Source of the DNA: the human T2T-CHM13v2.0 reference genome, Homo sapiens
NCBI RefSeq assembly: GCF_009914755.1
Contig: NC_060944.1
Strand: one strand, 5' to 3'
DNA: 64,000 nucleotides
In this document: piece by piece, positions 61,926-64,000 of the stretch
Layout of the letters: each line of letters opens with the position of its first letter
Position numbering within the stretch: the first letter of the stretch is position 1
Translations under genes and position numbers: made by a program
The notes under the pieces: generated by a model
What the model was told of the DNA's origin: nothing
Database searches by the model: none
Seen by the model: only the letters and a program-made list of their open reading frames with translations

Positions 61926-62009
61926 CTGCGGCTCCGGCTCCTCGGCCATTTCCTCGCGCGGCGGCGGCCGGGACTGAGCTGACACCACTCGGGCCGGCCG
62001 GGTTTGAAT
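61926..62009 (-). other. ZNF217: ZNF217 non-coding exon 1
   Basis: Donor GCAG|GTAAAG at 61925. Inr-like CTCATT with A at 62009. Lies in the CpG island. Confidence 0.8.
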
Positions 62010-62484
62010 GAGGAGGAGCGGGCGCGGAGGGGAGGGGGCGGGGAGGGCGGAGGGAGGGAGGGAGGCGTCGCGGAGTTTCTCTCAGCCTTTTGTGCGGACA
62101 CCTCCCGGATTCCGCGCCCGCACCCGGCCCCCCAAAAGACACGGGGAGCCGCGGGCGAGGGGTGCAGCCATCCGCCGAGGAGCCTAGTGCCTTCGCGCCT
62201 CCAAGACCCCCCCCCAACAAAAAAGGAGCGTCCCCCACCCCCACCCCCGCCCGGAGGATATAGGGGCCGGGCTCACCTCGGGCGCGGGGCTAAGGTGAGC
62301 GGGGCGGGGGTGCGCACGGGGGCAAAGGCGCGGGCGCCCCCTACTCGTCCGCGCGGGGACAGTGCAGGCGCGGGGGGTCCCTAGAGCCGCCGGGGCGCGG
62401 CGCGTCCGGCGCTGGGGGACTGTTGGGTCAGAAAGTGTTCAGGGAGCAGCTGTTGCGCCCTCCCTCGGCCCCGCCGCTCGGAGA

Positions 62485-62539
62485 CGCCCCGCCCCCTGCC
62501 TTCACCGGCCGCCCCGCCCCCTGCCTTCACCGGCCGCCC
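62485..62539. repeat. Perfect 25-bp tandem duplication in the promoter
   Basis: cgccccgccccctgccttcaccggc, about 2.2 copies. Confidence 0.95.
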
Positions 62540-64000
62540 GGCCACGCCCCACACCGCCCCGGCCCCGCCCCAGCGCCCACGTGACTAGCATAGGCGCGCC
62601 CCTGCTCCGCCCCCCGCCGCCGACTCCGCCTCCGGGACGGGAGCGAGCGGCGAGCGCGCGCACTCCCAGTTCTCGCTCGGCGACTCCCGCGCACGCGCGC
62701 GCCGTGCCACCCTCCCCGCGCCCCCCGCCCCGCACCCCTCCTCCCGCCATCCGGCTTAACGTGGCGGGCGCGCGCCGCGGCGGTAGCCGTGACAGGTACC
62801 CGGGGAGGCCGGAGGGAGGGGGCCGCGAGGGTGTGCGCAGGCGCAGATCCGGCCCTGTCCCCGCCGCCCCCTCCTCTGCAAGGTGTGCGCGGGCGAGGGG
62901 AGGGGCCCGCGGCCCGAACCCCTGGGTCACCCCGAATTACAAACAAAAACCTTAACGCCGTTGCTCGCGGGTTAGAAGGCAGCTGTGCGCGAAAAACACC
63001 AAAGATTTTCTTCAAGCTTGAGGAAGGTCGAGAAGATAAACAGTTTTTAAATGAGTATCTTCAGAAAGCTATTTAATTGTTGTGATTTTTTTTTTTCTGA
63101 AAGGGCTGGGCTTGCGCTATTCTAACTTGAGATTTCTAAACTTAGCCTAGGTTCCAAGAATCTACTTGGTTTTGATAGAAATCCATTTGGAGGAAACCGG
63201 GGACAAAAAAAGGGACAAAAAAAAAAAAAAAAAAAACCGCTACCCTTTCCCCTCCTCCCTACGCACAACTCATTTAAAGCGTTTCCCAAATGTTTTCTTT
63301 CCTTACTGAAAAAAAGGACAAAAAAAAGATCCTGATTCCTAAGGCCTGTGATATTTCCCCATTTTAAATAAGCTTCGAGGAACCATAGACATAACAAGCA
63401 CATCCACAATTTTTCTACCCCAAAATGCAAACTAATGCAAATGTGAAATGGATCTATGCAAGTCGCTACTAACAAAATAGCCAAATATTTGTGTTTTTAC
63501 CGGCCTTCAGCATATCCAAAATGAAAAAACTTTAAAACACATCAAGAAAAGCATTTAAAATATCTATTTCCTAAATCAAAAGAAAGAACGCACTACAGAA
63601 ACGATCCGGAGCTGGTGAGCAATGCAATCTTAATAAATAGGAAAAGGAATTTGAGAAGACAGCTCAGCAAAGGGGAAGAATTTGCCAAGTGTCATGTTTT
63701 GCTGTCATTTTATATATAACTACTAACCCCACATATGGTCTGGTTAGTCTTTTTTAAAAAGGAAGCGAATCAATTACTCACAATTAATTAGCAGTGCCAG
63801 TAGATTCTTAGGCCAGCACTAAAAAACTAAATTGGGTGAATTTTTTTTCACTCAAGTCCACTGATATTGATCACTTTTAGTATTAGGATTCCTTTTCTGA
63901 CAAAAGATGAATACCTATCTTTAAAATATATTTTTTAAACTTATTGTCACATTCTAAAACACAGTCCAAAAACACTTCATAAACAAGAAACTTCATTTAA

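Larger units (their letters stand above)
60700..63000. promoter_or_regulatory. CpG island / TATA-less ZNF217 promoter
   Basis: Very high GC and CpG density, many GC boxes, G-tracts at 62026-62062, CCACGTGAC E-box at 62577-62585, NRF1-like CGCGCACGCGCG at 62688-62699. Confidence 0.93.

Noticed and set aside
60609-63076. Long Pro/Arg/Gly/Ala-rich ORFs on both strands (up to 244 aa)
   Set aside because: Expected stop-codon scarcity in a CpG island; no domains. Only the exon 1 uATG is retained as a finding.

Overview
Primate (human or great-ape) genomic DNA, orthologous to human 20q13.2, containing the complete ZNF217 gene on the minus strand. Gene model: non-coding exon 1 about 62009-61926 in a CpG-island promoter; coding exons 51007-49642, 46635-46519, 45465-43912 and 40038-39929 (3147 nt, 1048 aa, 8 C2H2 fingers, CtBP-binding PLNLS and RRT motifs); last exon 37448 to about 35256. 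The first 35 kb has no recognisable coding gene and is roughly half Alu (about 60 copies), with older L1M, L2, MIR, MaLR and DNA-transposon fragments and a Y1 RNA retrocopy. The last 18 kb is almost Alu-free. I see no prokaryotic-type system, CRISPR array or new protein-coding gene. The most interesting signals are regulatory: an inverted Alu pair bracketing exon 5, whose skipping swaps the C-terminus; four uORFs ahead of a weak-Kozak start; a candidate antisense spliced transcript; tandem poly(A) sites; divergent CTCF motifs; and a palindromic GATA cluster. Repeat subfamily names and boundaries are by eye and approximate.
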